From Faecalibaculum rodentium (GTDB lineage: Bacteria; Bacillota_I; Bacilli_A; Erysipelotrichales; Erysipelotrichaceae): a DNA stretch of 32,000 nt. Numbering within the stretch: the first letter of the stretch is position 1; each line of letters opens with the position of its first letter. Below, one piece after another: positions 7,310 through 15,907 of the stretch. The position numbers and the translations under genes are program-made. The notes below the pieces were generated by a model, which ran no database searches, had not been told where the DNA came from, and saw only the letters and a list, made by a program, of their open reading frames with translations. Location: contig NZ_CP011391.1 of assembly GCF_001564455.1 (NCBI RefSeq), forward strand, positions 90,001 to 122,000, written 5' to 3'.

Positions 7310-7814
7310 CTTCCACCGTCCGCAGACTGTACTGCACCCAGATTTTGGAGCAGAGTGTCCGGATGACGTTGATCATGATCTGCTGTTCGAGGGTGGGATC
7401 CGCGATGAATTCTGTATCCGAATGACCGGTCTCCAGCATTTCCCGAAGACAGGACTCAAAGACCGTGATGAACTTGTTGTAGTCGCGGCTCACGCGCTCG
7501 GGGTCCTCGATGTTGGAATACACTCGGATCAGCCGGCTGATTTCCGACAGGGAAAAACACCGTTTCATGAGCATGACCACAAAGAGATACGCTAGGTGAT
7601 ATCGCTTATAGTGTTTTTTCACCGGCGGCTTCACGATGTTGGTTTTGACGTAATTGTTGACCATGGAGGAAGTCAGCACAGTTTTCTCCTCTCCAATGGA
7701 AAGCGGCTCAAGCCGGGAATTGATGTAGCTCAGCACCTGATCCATATACAGGTCCAGGTCAGGAAGTTCCTCCCACCGGGGAATGGCCAGTTCTTTGAGT
7801 GCGTGGTTTTCCAT
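7287..7814 (-). CDS. DUF1836 domain protein (MerR-like HTH, 175 aa)
   Basis: ORF 7287..7904 trimmed to MENHALKELAIPRWEELPDLDLYMDQV. The block LTSSMVNNYVKTNIVKPPVKKHYKRYHLAYL fits DUF1836. Divergent pairing with a DegV gene is a common arrangement. The family name is recalled from memory. Confidence 0.7.
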   Translation of the reverse strand: MENHALKELAIPRWEELPDLDLYMDQVLSYINSRLEPLSIGEEKTVLTSSMVNNYVKTNIVKPPVKKHYKRYHLAYLFVVMLMKRCFSLSEISRLIRVYSNIEDPERVSRDYNKFITVFESCLREMLETGHSDTEFIADPTLEQQIMINVIRTLCSKIWVQYSLRTVEENGTVTS

Positions 7815-7921
7815 ACTGAAATTATAGCCGGATGCAAGTACCCTGCAACATAATATTGAAAACCAGATGTAGTGGAAATGAATATATGATAAACTTGAAT
7901 TCAAAACAGGGAGGCCATCTC

Positions 7922-8770
7922 ATGATTCATATTGTGTCCGATTCATCCACGCTGTATTCCCCCGCCCAGGCAGCTGCAGCCGGTTTTCACTGCGTTCCTC
8001 TGAGTGTCTGCGTCAATGATGAGACTTACCGGGATTATGACGAAATCACACCCCGCGCTATGGCGGATGCCTGCCGGAAGGGTGCAAAAGTGTCCAGCTC
8101 CCAGCCGGCTGTGGGGGAAAAAACAGAATTATACAGCCATCTGCTGGAGAACCCGGATGACACTGTGCTGGACATCACCATAGCCGACGGATTATCCGGC
8201 ACCTATGCCACTGCCTGCATGGCCAGAGACCTCAGTGAAGATCCCGGCCGGATCACCGTCTTCAATTCCCGTGCTCTGGGCGGTCCCCAGCGGCTGATGG
8301 TGGAAACAGCGGTCAGGATGCGGAATGCGGGGCACAGTCTGGAGGAGATCCTGGCGGTTCTCTTGAAAATGGCAGAGTCCGATGTCAGCACCGTGACAGT
8401 CAGCGACCTGCACTTCCTGGCAGACGGGGGCCGGATCCCGAAGGGGCTTGCGGCGGTGGGATCCATGCTGCGGGTCCTGCCGACGGTCGTGCGGAGGGAA
8501 GACGGACAGTCCCTGGATACGCTGGCTGTCAGCCGCACCTGGAAAGGCGCTTTCGGGAAAGTGGCGGCGGCTTTCGATAAAAAGGGAATGGATGCTTCGA
8601 ATGTGATTTACATCCTCCATGCCGATTGTGAAGAGAATGCCGCAAAAGCCCGGTCCTCGTTTGCAGCCAGGTACCCGGACAGTGACATCGTGGTTCTGGA
8701 CCTGTGTCCGATGTTCATGGTGCATGGCGGGCCGGGTTGTCTGGCCCTGGAAACAGTCAAAAAAGCATGA
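7922..8770 (+). CDS. DegV family fatty-acid-binding protein (282 aa)
   Basis: ORF 7832..8770 trimmed to MIHIVSDSSTLYSP, with GGGAGG upstream. Family motifs present: SSSQP, ADGLSGTY, and HFLADGGRIPKG. Confidence 0.88.
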   Translation: MIHIVSDSSTLYSPAQAAAAGFHCVPLSVCVNDETYRDYDEITPRAMADACRKGAKVSSSQPAVGEKTELYSHLLENPDDTVLDITIADGLSGTYATACMARDLSEDPGRITVFNSRALGGPQRLMVETAVRMRNAGHSLEEILAVLLKMAESDVSTVTVSDLHFLADGGRIPKGLAAVGSMLRVLPTVVRREDGQSLDTLAVSRTWKGAFGKVAAAFDKKGMDASNVIYILHADCEENAAKARSSFAARYPDSDIVVLDLCPMFMVHGGPGCLALETVKKA

Positions 8771-8817
8771 AAAAGCGGCGGAATCCCGGCTCAGCGCCAG
8801 GATCCGCCGCTTTTGTT
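8771..8817 (+). terminator. Rho-independent terminator of degV, which is also the intron target site
   Basis: AAAAGCGGCGGA (8771-8782) pairs with TCCGCCGCTTTT (8803-8814). The 20-nt top region is partly paired. The sequence GTT follows. Confidence 0.75.
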
Positions 8818-9354
8818 GTGTGTCGGGCATGACGCACATCTAGCCGGTGAAAGTCCGGTCACGGGTATTTGCCGCCAAGTGTAGTGAACCGCAAGTCGAA
8901 AGCCGCGAGGCTGGGATGGAAGAAGCGGTGTAGCCAATCTGACGAGCCTACGAACAGAAACCTGATACAAGGCCAAATGGCGGGTGAGGTTGCAACACAA
9001 ACCAAAGCCCAAAAGGCAAACGTAAAACCAAGACGGTAAATCAGGAGGTTGTGCAGAGAAAGATGTGTGCCTTACCCCGAGAGATCTCGCAGACGTCAGT
9101 CCAATAAGCTTTAAAAACAGCGATGGTGGTGCCAGTGGCATACGGTCCGAAAATGTTTACTGCGAGAAGTCAGAGCGGAGCATAGTAGGTAGTAATACTG
9201 AAGGCTCCTGCCGGCTATAGTGAGCGAATCGCTTTTGAGTAATTACCCTGCAGTCCGAAAGTCAGAATAGTCATAAGGTGAAGGATCGTAACCGGAGCCG
9301 GTGAAATGGATGGGGACGGTCAGGGAGTCTCTGTAAGAAAGAAGGAAACGCAAA

Positions 9355-10668
9355 ATGAGATTGTCAGATTTGATTCTGGAATCCTCCAACATGGAGAAGG
9401 CCATCAGAAAGGTAGTGTCAAACCGCGGTTCAGCGGGAATCGATGACATGCCCGTTGATGAGATCAGAGCATGGATGGAGGTGAATGGGGATGAACTTGC
9501 AGAACAAATCCGGGAAATGAAATATAAGCCCAGTCCTGTCCGCAGAGCCTATATTCCCAAGCCAAATGGGAAAAAGAGGCCCTTGGGCATCCCGACTGTC
9601 GTAGACAGGGTCGTCCAGCAGGCTACGTATCAGATACTTTATCCGATATTTGATTCCACGTTCAGTGACAGCAGTTTTGGATTCAGAGAAGGTCGAAGCG
9701 CCCATCAGGCCATCGAGCGAACTCTGGAATATCTCAACGAAGGATATGAGTGGGTCGTGGACCTGGACATTGAAAAGTTCTTTGATATGGTCAACCACGA
9801 CAAACTGATCTCGATCATTCGCCTGAAGGTCAATGAAAAGGAGACCCTTCACCTGATCCGTTCTTTTCTTAAAGCCGGAGTCATGGAAGAGGGGAAACTG
9901 AATAGAAATGACCTAGGGACGCCCCAAGGTGGTAATATTTCGCCGCTCCTTGCCAACATCTATCTGGATGTATTTGACAAGGAACTTGAAAACAGAGGAT
10001 TGAGATTTGTCAGATACGCTGACGATGTCACGATCTACTGCCGAAGTGAGATGGCCGCCGACCGGGTAATGAGATCTGTATCCTCTTGGCTCGAACGGAA
10101 ACTGTTCCTGAAGGTTTCGCCAACCAAAACGCATGTAGTCAGACCACCTGAAAGTACATTCCTTGGATTCACTTTCTGGAAGGGTAGAGACGGATGGAAG
10201 TGCAAGCCGGCAAACGACAGAAAACAGAGACTCTATAAGAATATGAAAGAGCTCCTGTGCCGTCGGAAAGCCGCTGCCATGCCTTTATCCGATCTGTTTA
10301 CGAAAGTTAATCAGAAAGTCAGAGGATGGATCAACTATTTCAGTATTGGTTCCATGAAAAGATTCTTAATAGAATTTGGACAGTGGCTAAGACACAAAAT
10401 TCGGGTAGTGATCTTTAAGCAATGGAAAAGACCGAAAACGCTCTTCAAGAATCTCATGATTCTGAACAAGCAGTTCAAAACGGGATTTTCCAAGGAAGAG
10501 ATACGGCAGACTGCCAACTCGAGACTTGGCCTGTGGCGAACTACTGGGTGGAGGACTGTGAATTTCATCTTATCACCAAAGGTTCTTGCGTTACCCAACA
10601 AGGAAAAAGAACGACCGGGTCTGATCGACCCGGTCGGGTGTTACCTGAACTTACAGAATAAATCATAG
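9355..10668 (+). CDS. Group II intron reverse transcriptase/maturase without an endonuclease domain (437 aa)
   Basis: RT blocks seen: PKPNGKKRPLGIPTVVDRVVQQA, DLDIEKFFDMVNHD, GTPQGGNISPLLANIYL, and the catalytic RYADDVTIY. The maturase/X region contains RGWINYF. No HNH or CxxC motifs occur at the C-terminus. Confidence 0.93.
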   Translation: MRLSDLILESSNMEKAIRKVVSNRGSAGIDDMPVDEIRAWMEVNGDELAEQIREMKYKPSPVRRAYIPKPNGKKRPLGIPTVVDRVVQQATYQILYPIFDSTFSDSSFGFREGRSAHQAIERTLEYLNEGYEWVVDLDIEKFFDMVNHDKLISIIRLKVNEKETLHLIRSFLKAGVMEEGKLNRNDLGTPQGGNISPLLANIYLDVFDKELENRGLRFVRYADDVTIYCRSEMAADRVMRSVSSWLERKLFLKVSPTKTHVVRPPESTFLGFTFWKGRDGWKCKPANDRKQRLYKNMKELLCRRKAAAMPLSDLFTKVNQKVRGWINYFSIGSMKRFLIEFGQWLRHKIRVVIFKQWKRPKTLFKNLMILNKQFKTGFSKEEIRQTANSRLGLWRTTGWRTVNFILSPKVLALPNKEKERPGLIDPVGCYLNLQNKS

Positions 10669-10705
10669 CAAATTCATGAATGCCCGCAAGGGCAATATAA
10701 CTGTA

Positions 10706-10736
10706 GAGCCGTATACGAGATCCGTACGTACGGTTC
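10706..10736 (+). ncRNA. Group II intron catalytic domain V
   Basis: GAGCCGTAT-ACGAGATCCGT-AC-GTACGGTTC. The 9-bp lower helix pairs GAGCCGUAU with GUACGGUUC and contains the catalytic AGC triad. The AC bulge and a short capped upper helix are present. Confidence 0.8.
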
Positions 10737-10769
10737 AACGAGAGGGGCGGAAATCACTGAATTTCCCCT

Positions 10770-10952
10770 CTACTCTATTACCGTCGTGACAACCGGTCTG
10801 CATTCAGGATCCGGAAGCAGCGCCACGCCACCGCAGCTGGCCTCCTGAATGAACAGGTAATTCATATCGTTTCCCTTGTTCACATACATCCGGACGGCAC
10901 GGAACAGCCCATCCCGATCATAGATGGGTTTGAATCGTGTTTCCTTTGCCAT
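10770..10952 (-). CDS. Small DUF6440-like protein (60 aa)
   Basis: ORF 10770..11042 trimmed to MAKETRFKPIYDRDG, with GGAGG 8 nt upstream. NYLFIQEASCGGVALLPDPECRPVVT resembles the NYLF...GGG.TPLLD.DGKPV pattern of that small-protein family, which I recall from memory. The stop codon (10770-10772) lies inside intron domain VI. Confidence 0.55.
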   Translation of the reverse strand: MAKETRFKPIYDRDGLFRAVRMYVNKGNDMNYLFIQEASCGGVALLPDPECRPVVTTVIE

Positions 10953-11079
10953 TGAAAGACCTCCGTGCTTCCCGGATGCCGGGAGTCTGCCGCCAGACAC
11001 CAGCGGTCTGCACAATAAAAGGAGATGCGATTCCCGGCACATCTCCTGTCGAATTGGCTTGTTTGTTTTTTACATCCAC

Positions 11080-11108
11080 ATAATAGCCCCGCCATTTACC
11101 AAAGTCAA
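11080..11108 (-). promoter_or_regulatory. Sigma-70-type promoter for the DUF6440-like gene
   Basis: Minus-strand reading is TTGACT (11108-11103), a 17-nt spacer, then TATTAT (11085-11080). The AACCCGGGTT palindrome lies directly upstream. Confidence 0.6.
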
Positions 11109-11283
11109 TAATTAACCCGGGTTTTTCTTGCCTGCGGTCAAATAGTTACTCAAGTAAATGGGTCGGGCCAATTTGAGAGACGCTTTATCCAGGCATCGCT
11201 GGAGGCGTGATGTTATATCAAAGCAGCCAGGGTTGGCATATAATGGAATCATCAAAATGGAATTATCCAAAAGGAGTACCAAC

Positions 11284-11973
11284 ATGGCTGATATGACACA
11301 GACAAAAGGGAACCTGATCGTTTCCTGCCAGGCGCTGCCTGACGAACCCCTGCACTCTTCCTATATCATGGGCCGAATGGCGGCCGCTGCCGAAGAAGGC
11401 GGTGCCAAAGGCATCCGGGCCAACACCGTGGATGACATCGCGGAAATCAAGAAAACCGTTGATCTTCCGGTCATCGGCATCATCAAGCGCCCCTATGGCG
11501 ACAACCCGGTGTTCATCACCCCGACCATCAAGGAAGTGGATGAACTGATGGCCATGGACACACCCCCGGAAGTGATTGCCGTGGATGCGACCTGCCGGCC
11601 CCGTCCCGATGGCCGGACCCTGGATGAATTCGTGGCGGAGATCCGTTCGAAATACCCTGACCAGCCGCTGATGGCCGACTGTGCCACGCTGGAGGAAATG
11701 AAGCATGCGGATGACCTGGGCTTTGACTACATCGGCACGACGCTGGTGGGCTACACTGAGCAGTCCAAAGGCAATCACGTGGAGGCAGATGACTTCAAGG
11801 TGATCCGGGATCTGCTGGACTACGCAAAGCACCCCGTCATTGCGGAGGGCAACATCGATACTCCGGAAAAACTCAAACGCGTCCTGGACCTTGGCTGCTA
11901 CAGCTGCGTGGTGGGCTCCATCATCACCCGTCCGCAGCTGATCACGAAGCGGTTTGTGGATGCGATCAAATAA
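11284..11973 (+). CDS. nanE: N-acetylmannosamine-6-phosphate 2-epimerase (229 aa)
   Basis: ORF 11158..11973 trimmed to [23 protein letters not shown], with AAAGGAG 6 nt upstream. Family blocks: [40 protein letters not shown], and VVGSIITRP. Confidence 0.92.
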   Translation: MADMTQTKGNLIVSCQALPDEPLHSSYIMGRMAAAAEEGGAKGIRANTVDDIAEIKKTVDLPVIGIIKRPYGDNPVFITPTIKEVDELMAMDTPPEVIAVDATCRPRPDGRTLDEFVAEIRSKYPDQPLMADCATLEEMKHADDLGFDYIGTTLVGYTEQSKGNHVEADDFKVIRDLLDYAKHPVIAEGNIDTPEKLKRVLDLGCYSCVVGSIITRPQLITKRFVDAIK

Positions 11974-11993
11974 CATCTGATCAGTGCGGTAAG

Positions 11994-12031
11994 CAGGGAA
12001 TGTCCCATTGGAGGGAGGTTCCCTGTTTTTG
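11994..12031 (+). terminator. Rho-independent terminator of nanE
   Basis: CAGGGAA-N18-TTCCCTG followed by TTTTTGGGTTTT. Confidence 0.65.
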
Positions 12032-12108
12032 GGTTTTACCGGGGCATTTCAAAATACATTCAAATTCCGGCGGATTGCTGAAGGGATAGTTTCAGAGGGG
12101 CCACGGGA

Positions 12109-12117
12109 TGGTATAAT
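12109..12117 (+). promoter_or_regulatory. Extended -10 promoter element upstream of tldD
   Basis: TGgTATAAT with a perfect -10 hexamer at 12112-12117. The -35 is weak. It implies a 5' UTR of about 140 nt. Confidence 0.4.
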
Positions 12118-12260
12118 CAACAGATACGGAACATGTACAACAAACGGGCCAGAGGGTGTCCGGGAAATTGCATGAACCGCAGAGATTTCAAGGCATGAAC
12201 CCTGCAGATGTCTGCGGGGACAACAGACGGCAGATGACTGCCGATACAGGAGGTGAACGG

Positions 12261-13643
12261 ATGCTGAAGAAAGAACAGCTGGAAAGGCTGCTGACGGAAG
12301 CCATGGACTCCGGGGCGGATTTCGCCGAAATTTTTGAAGAGGACGCGGTTTCCGAATCGCTGTCCATGCTGGACGGCAAGGTGGAGAACGTGGACAGAGC
12401 CCTGCGGGAAGGAACGGGAATCCGTCTGTACAAAGACCTGCAGACAGCCTACGGATATTCCAACAGTGCCAGGTACGAAGACCTGCTGGCTCTGGTAAAG
12501 GATCTGCGCACGGCGTTTGAAGGAACATCCGGCAGACAGGTGGTGCTGACAGAAGAGGCCGTACCCAATATTTCGCCGGTGAAGACAGATCCGGTGGATG
12601 CACCGCTGCAGGACAAGACAGCGCTGATGATGCAGGCGTGGGAAGCGGTGAAGGATGAACCCGAGATCGAAAAAGTGAGTGTGTCACTGTCCTCCCTGCG
12701 CCAGAAGGTCCAGATTTCCAACTCCGACGGACGGCTGGTGAAGGATACCCGCATCCGGACCCGGATGGGTGTGTCCATCTATGCAGCCCGGGGCGAAGAC
12801 CGGCAGTCCGGCTTTGAGGGCCCCGGGGCAAGCATGGGACTGGAATTCTATGAAGGCGGCATTCCGGCACAGGCGGCGAAAAACGCCGCAGCGACAGCCA
12901 GGGTGCTGCTCGATGCCGTGGATGCTCCTTCCGGACGCATGCCCGTCATCATTGACAATGGATTTGGCGGGGTGATTTTCCATGAAGCCTGCGGCCACGC
13001 CCTGGAAGCCACGGCTGTGGCGAAGGAGCAGTCAGTGTTTGCCGGCAAAAAAGGAACACAGATCGCTTCGACGAAAGTCACGGCAATCGACGACGGCACG
13101 ATCCCCAATGCCTGGGGAAGCCAGAACGTGGACGATGAAGGAAATCCGCAGCAGCGGCGTGTTCTGATTCAGGACGGCATCCTGACGCAGTACATGGTGG
13201 ACCGCTTCAACGGACGGCGGATGCAGGAAGGCTCCTCCGGTTCCGGCAGACGGCAGAACTACAAATACGAACCCACGTCCCGCATGTCCAACACCTACAT
13301 CGCCGCGGGCAGCGATGAATTTGATGAAATGTTTGAAGGAATCGAAAAGGGCCTGTACGCAAAGCGCATGGGAGGCGGCAGTGTCAACCCGCAGACCGGG
13401 GAGTTCAACTTTGCGGTCTCCGAGGGCTACCTGATCGAGAACGGGAAAGTCACAAAACCGGTCCGCGGTGCAAGCCTGATCGGATCCGGTGCGGAGATCC
13501 TCATGAACATCGACCGCGTGGGCAAAGACCTGAAGCGGGCCCAGGGCATGTGCGGATCAGTTTCGGGCTCCATTCCCACGGATGTGGGCCAGCCCGCGAT
13601 CCGGGTTTCTTCGATCACAGTGGGAGGTACAGCCGGTGAATAA
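12261..13643 (+). CDS. tldD: Metalloprotease TldD (460 aa)
   Basis: ORF 12156..13643 trimmed to the ATG at 12261, with GGAGG 7 nt upstream. The start MLKKEQLERLL...GADFAEIF fits the family. The HExxxH zinc motif is in GGVIFHEACGHALEA. The C-terminal block is GMCGSVSGSIP. Confidence 0.92.
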   Translation: MLKKEQLERLLTEAMDSGADFAEIFEEDAVSESLSMLDGKVENVDRALREGTGIRLYKDLQTAYGYSNSARYEDLLALVKDLRTAFEGTSGRQVVLTEEAVPNISPVKTDPVDAPLQDKTALMMQAWEAVKDEPEIEKVSVSLSSLRQKVQISNSDGRLVKDTRIRTRMGVSIYAARGEDRQSGFEGPGASMGLEFYEGGIPAQAAKNAAATARVLLDAVDAPSGRMPVIIDNGFGGVIFHEACGHALEATAVAKEQSVFAGKKGTQIASTKVTAIDDGTIPNAWGSQNVDDEGNPQQRRVLIQDGILTQYMVDRFNGRRMQEGSSGSGRRQNYKYEPTSRMSNTYIAAGSDEFDEMFEGIEKGLYAKRMGGGSVNPQTGEFNFAVSEGYLIENGKVTKPVRGASLIGSGAEILMNIDRVGKDLKRAQGMCGSVSGSIPTDVGQPAIRVSSITVGGTAGE

Positions 13644-14961
13644 GCAGAAATGGCTCGACAGAGCACTGGAAAAAGGATTTGAAGCGGCAGAAATCTACGA
13701 ATCCGCTTCGAAGTCCCGGGAAATCACCTGGTTTGCCGGGTCCATGGACAAAATGGAGATCTCGCAGACTGATTCCGTGGGCATCCGGGTGCTGGACGAC
13801 GGCAGCCTGGCCAACACCGGGCTGGAGAAGCTGGATGATTCTATCATGGATGAAGTCCTCGACAGCCTGCGCCAGCAGGCGGCGACCATTACCAGTGAAG
13901 ACCGGACGCAGTTCGTTGCGCCCATGGATACAGACCTGGTGGTGAAGGAAAAGACCTGGGCGGTGCCCGAAACGGCAGAGGTGAAGGAACTCCTGGCGGA
14001 TCTGGAACAGCGGATCCTGGCATACGATGAACGGATTTTTCAGGTGACGACCCTGGGCTGGAGCCAGTCAGAGGGATCCCGTGCAATTTCCAACACCCTG
14101 GGGCTGGAAACCGGGGATGAGGATTATGTCCAGTACGTCGTGGCAGGAGCTGCAGGCCGGCAGGATGACCGGATCCAGGACTGGTACCTGATCAAAGTGG
14201 TGCCGTCGATTGACACCTTTGACCGGGAGGCTTTCGTGAAGGAACTCTGCGACGAAGTGCTTCACCGCCTGGACGCTGCCTCGATTCCCAGCCGGACGTG
14301 TCCGGTGATCCTGCACCGGGAGGCGATGACAAGCCTGCTGGGAGCCTTTGCGGGACTGTTCTCCGGGGACCTCATTTCCAAAGGCATTTCCCCGCTGAAG
14401 GGAAAGCTGCACGAAAAGATCTTCTCCGACAAGATCACCATCATTGACGATCCGAGGAATACAGACGCGCTGACCATTGCGAACTTCGATGATGAAGGCT
14501 ATCCCACCAGGCGCAAGCTGGTGGTGGATCACGGTGTGTTCGAGACGATCCTGCACAACCAGCAGTCTGCCGCGCGGATGCAGACCGAAAGCACGGGCAA
14601 CGGCTTCAAGGGAGGCTATGCGAGTCCGGTGAGTGTCTCCCCCATGAACCTGTACATCGAACCGGGGGACCAAAGCCTGGCCCAGCTCGAGGAACGCATG
14701 CAGGACGGGCTGGTAATCACGGACCTGGAAGGACTGCATGCAGGCATTGACTTTGTGTCCACGAACTTCTCCCTGCAGGCCCGGGGCTACCTGGTTCAGG
14801 GCGGAAAACGGACACAGAGCGTGACGCTGATCACCGCTGCCGGCTCCTTCATGGAGCTGATGAACGACGTGACGGCTGTGGGCAGCGACATCGACTGGTC
14901 CTACCGTCAGCTGGTGTCGCCTTCGATCCTTTTCGGCAAAATGGCCATCAGCGGAGAATAG
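13636..14961 (+). CDS. pmbA: TldD partner protease PmbA/TldE (441 aa)
   Basis: ORF 13582..14961 trimmed to the GTG at 13636, with GGGAGG 8 nt upstream. It overlaps the tldD stop by 8 nt. It belongs to the TldD/PmbA family but lacks the HExxxH motif, which is typical of the PmbA partner. Confidence 0.85.
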   Translation: MNKQKWLDRALEKGFEAAEIYESASKSREITWFAGSMDKMEISQTDSVGIRVLDDGSLANTGLEKLDDSIMDEVLDSLRQQAATITSEDRTQFVAPMDTDLVVKEKTWAVPETAEVKELLADLEQRILAYDERIFQVTTLGWSQSEGSRAISNTLGLETGDEDYVQYVVAGAAGRQDDRIQDWYLIKVVPSIDTFDREAFVKELCDEVLHRLDAASIPSRTCPVILHREAMTSLLGAFAGLFSGDLISKGISPLKGKLHEKIFSDKITIIDDPRNTDALTIANFDDEGYPTRRKLVVDHGVFETILHNQQSAARMQTESTGNGFKGGYASPVSVSPMNLYIEPGDQSLAQLEERMQDGLVITDLEGLHAGIDFVSTNFSLQARGYLVQGGKRTQSVTLITAAGSFMELMNDVTAVGSDIDWSYRQLVSPSILFGKMAISGE

Positions 14962-15088
14962 GATACCCGCCGCCAGAATCGCCGGCCCAGTCACTGGACA
15001 GCCGGAGCGGGAATCGGTGCCGGCGGGCAAGGCAATCAGATACAGACAATACAGGCCGCGGCCACTGCTGCGGCAAAGGAGAAGAATC

Positions 15089-15859
15089 ATGGACAATCAG
15101 ACTATGCTGGATCCCGGGCTGCGAAAAGCCCTGGAGGGACTCAAAAAACACCAGGGACAGAAGGAGTCCGCCGCGGTGGCCGCAGAAATGCTGAAGGGAA
15201 AGATCCTGGCGCCGGCGGTATGGGACAAGGCGCCTGCACCCGATGGTCACGGCCAGCTGGTGTTTCCCCCTGACACCAACATCTCGCTCATGGTCATGGA
15301 GCGGCAGGACAAGAAGAACTTCTTCCCGTTTTTCACGTCGAAGGAAACGCTGGAAAAATGGAGCCCGAAGGCACAGTGCCTGGTGCTGACCTTCGACCAG
15401 TTCATGCCGTTTCTGAAAATGGCCGGCGGTGAGGTGGATGGCGTGATCCTGGATCCCGAGGATCTGGACATCACGCTGGACACCAGCTTTCTGCAGCAGC
15501 TGGAGAAGATCCGTCTGCGGGGGCTGTCGGCAAACCGGATCGTCAAGGGGGACAAAGTCACCGTCAAGGACCCGGGAGAAGAAGGAAAATATCTGGGAAA
15601 TGTGCTGGCAAAAACCGCAGAATCCATGCCGGAGGTCCGCAGCATTGTGCTCAAGGAACGGCTGATGCCGGACAACAGCCAGCACTGGTTCATCATCGTG
15701 GATGCCGACTCGGAGGATCCCGTCCTGTTTTCGAAGCTGTCGGCGGAAGGGTCCCGTCTGGCGGGCGGCCGGGACATGGAATTCATGTTCGGCAGCACGG
15801 AGCTGGGAAAGAAAATCATGCACGATTCCATGCCCGTCTACACCCGGGAAAAGGCCTGA
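15089..15859 (+). CDS. SseB (enhanced serine sensitivity) family protein (256 aa)
   Basis: ORF 15017..15859 trimmed to MDNQTML, with AAAGGAG upstream. FFPFFTSKETLEKW matches the SseB N-domain signature (IPFFTS.E.L). An SseB_C-like second half follows. Confidence 0.7.
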   Translation: MDNQTMLDPGLRKALEGLKKHQGQKESAAVAAEMLKGKILAPAVWDKAPAPDGHGQLVFPPDTNISLMVMERQDKKNFFPFFTSKETLEKWSPKAQCLVLTFDQFMPFLKMAGGEVDGVILDPEDLDITLDTSFLQQLEKIRLRGLSANRIVKGDKVTVKDPGEEGKYLGNVLAKTAESMPEVRSIVLKERLMPDNSQHWFIIVDADSEDPVLFSKLSAEGSRLAGGRDMEFMFGSTELGKKIMHDSMPVYTREKA

Positions 15860-15907
15860 TCCAATCCGGGAACGCGAGGACACAGACAGCAGAAAGGAGG
15901 CGGCAGC

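Larger units (their letters stand above)
8818..10778 (+). mobile_element. Complete ORF-containing bacterial group II intron, class C-like, about 1.96 kb (3' boundary uncertain by about 3 nt)
   Basis: The 5' end GTGTG matches the GUGYG consensus. The RT/maturase ORF sits in domain IV. Domain V lies at 10706-10736. Domain VI is the helix GAGAGGGG/CCCCTCT with a bulged A at 10772, and the intron ends in ..CTAT. The element is visibly more AT-rich than its flanks and sits immediately after a terminator hairpin. Confidence 0.85.

Noticed and set aside
8791-9141. A 116-aa minus-strand ORF, plus small ORFs at 9243..9449(-) and 9430..9852(-).
   Set aside because: They lie within intron domains I-III or antisense to the RT ORF. 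The region is better explained as structured intron RNA.
9355-10668. The reverse transcriptase read as part of a retron, a DGR or an Abi-type defence system.
   Set aside because: The ORF has a maturase X domain and is flanked by a GUGYG 5' end and canonical domains V/VI. No msr/msd-like repeats, template/variable repeat pair or accessory effector genes are present.
12156-12260. Longer N-terminal extensions offered by the ORF track for tldD. The same applies to nanE 11158, AIM24 6426, degV 7832, sseB 15017, pmbA 13582, DUF885 29026, recQ 2517 and mnmM 18407.
   Set aside because: In each case an internal start with a well-spaced GGAGG-type SD yields the family-typical N-terminus. The upstream extension crosses terminators, promoters or the preceding gene.
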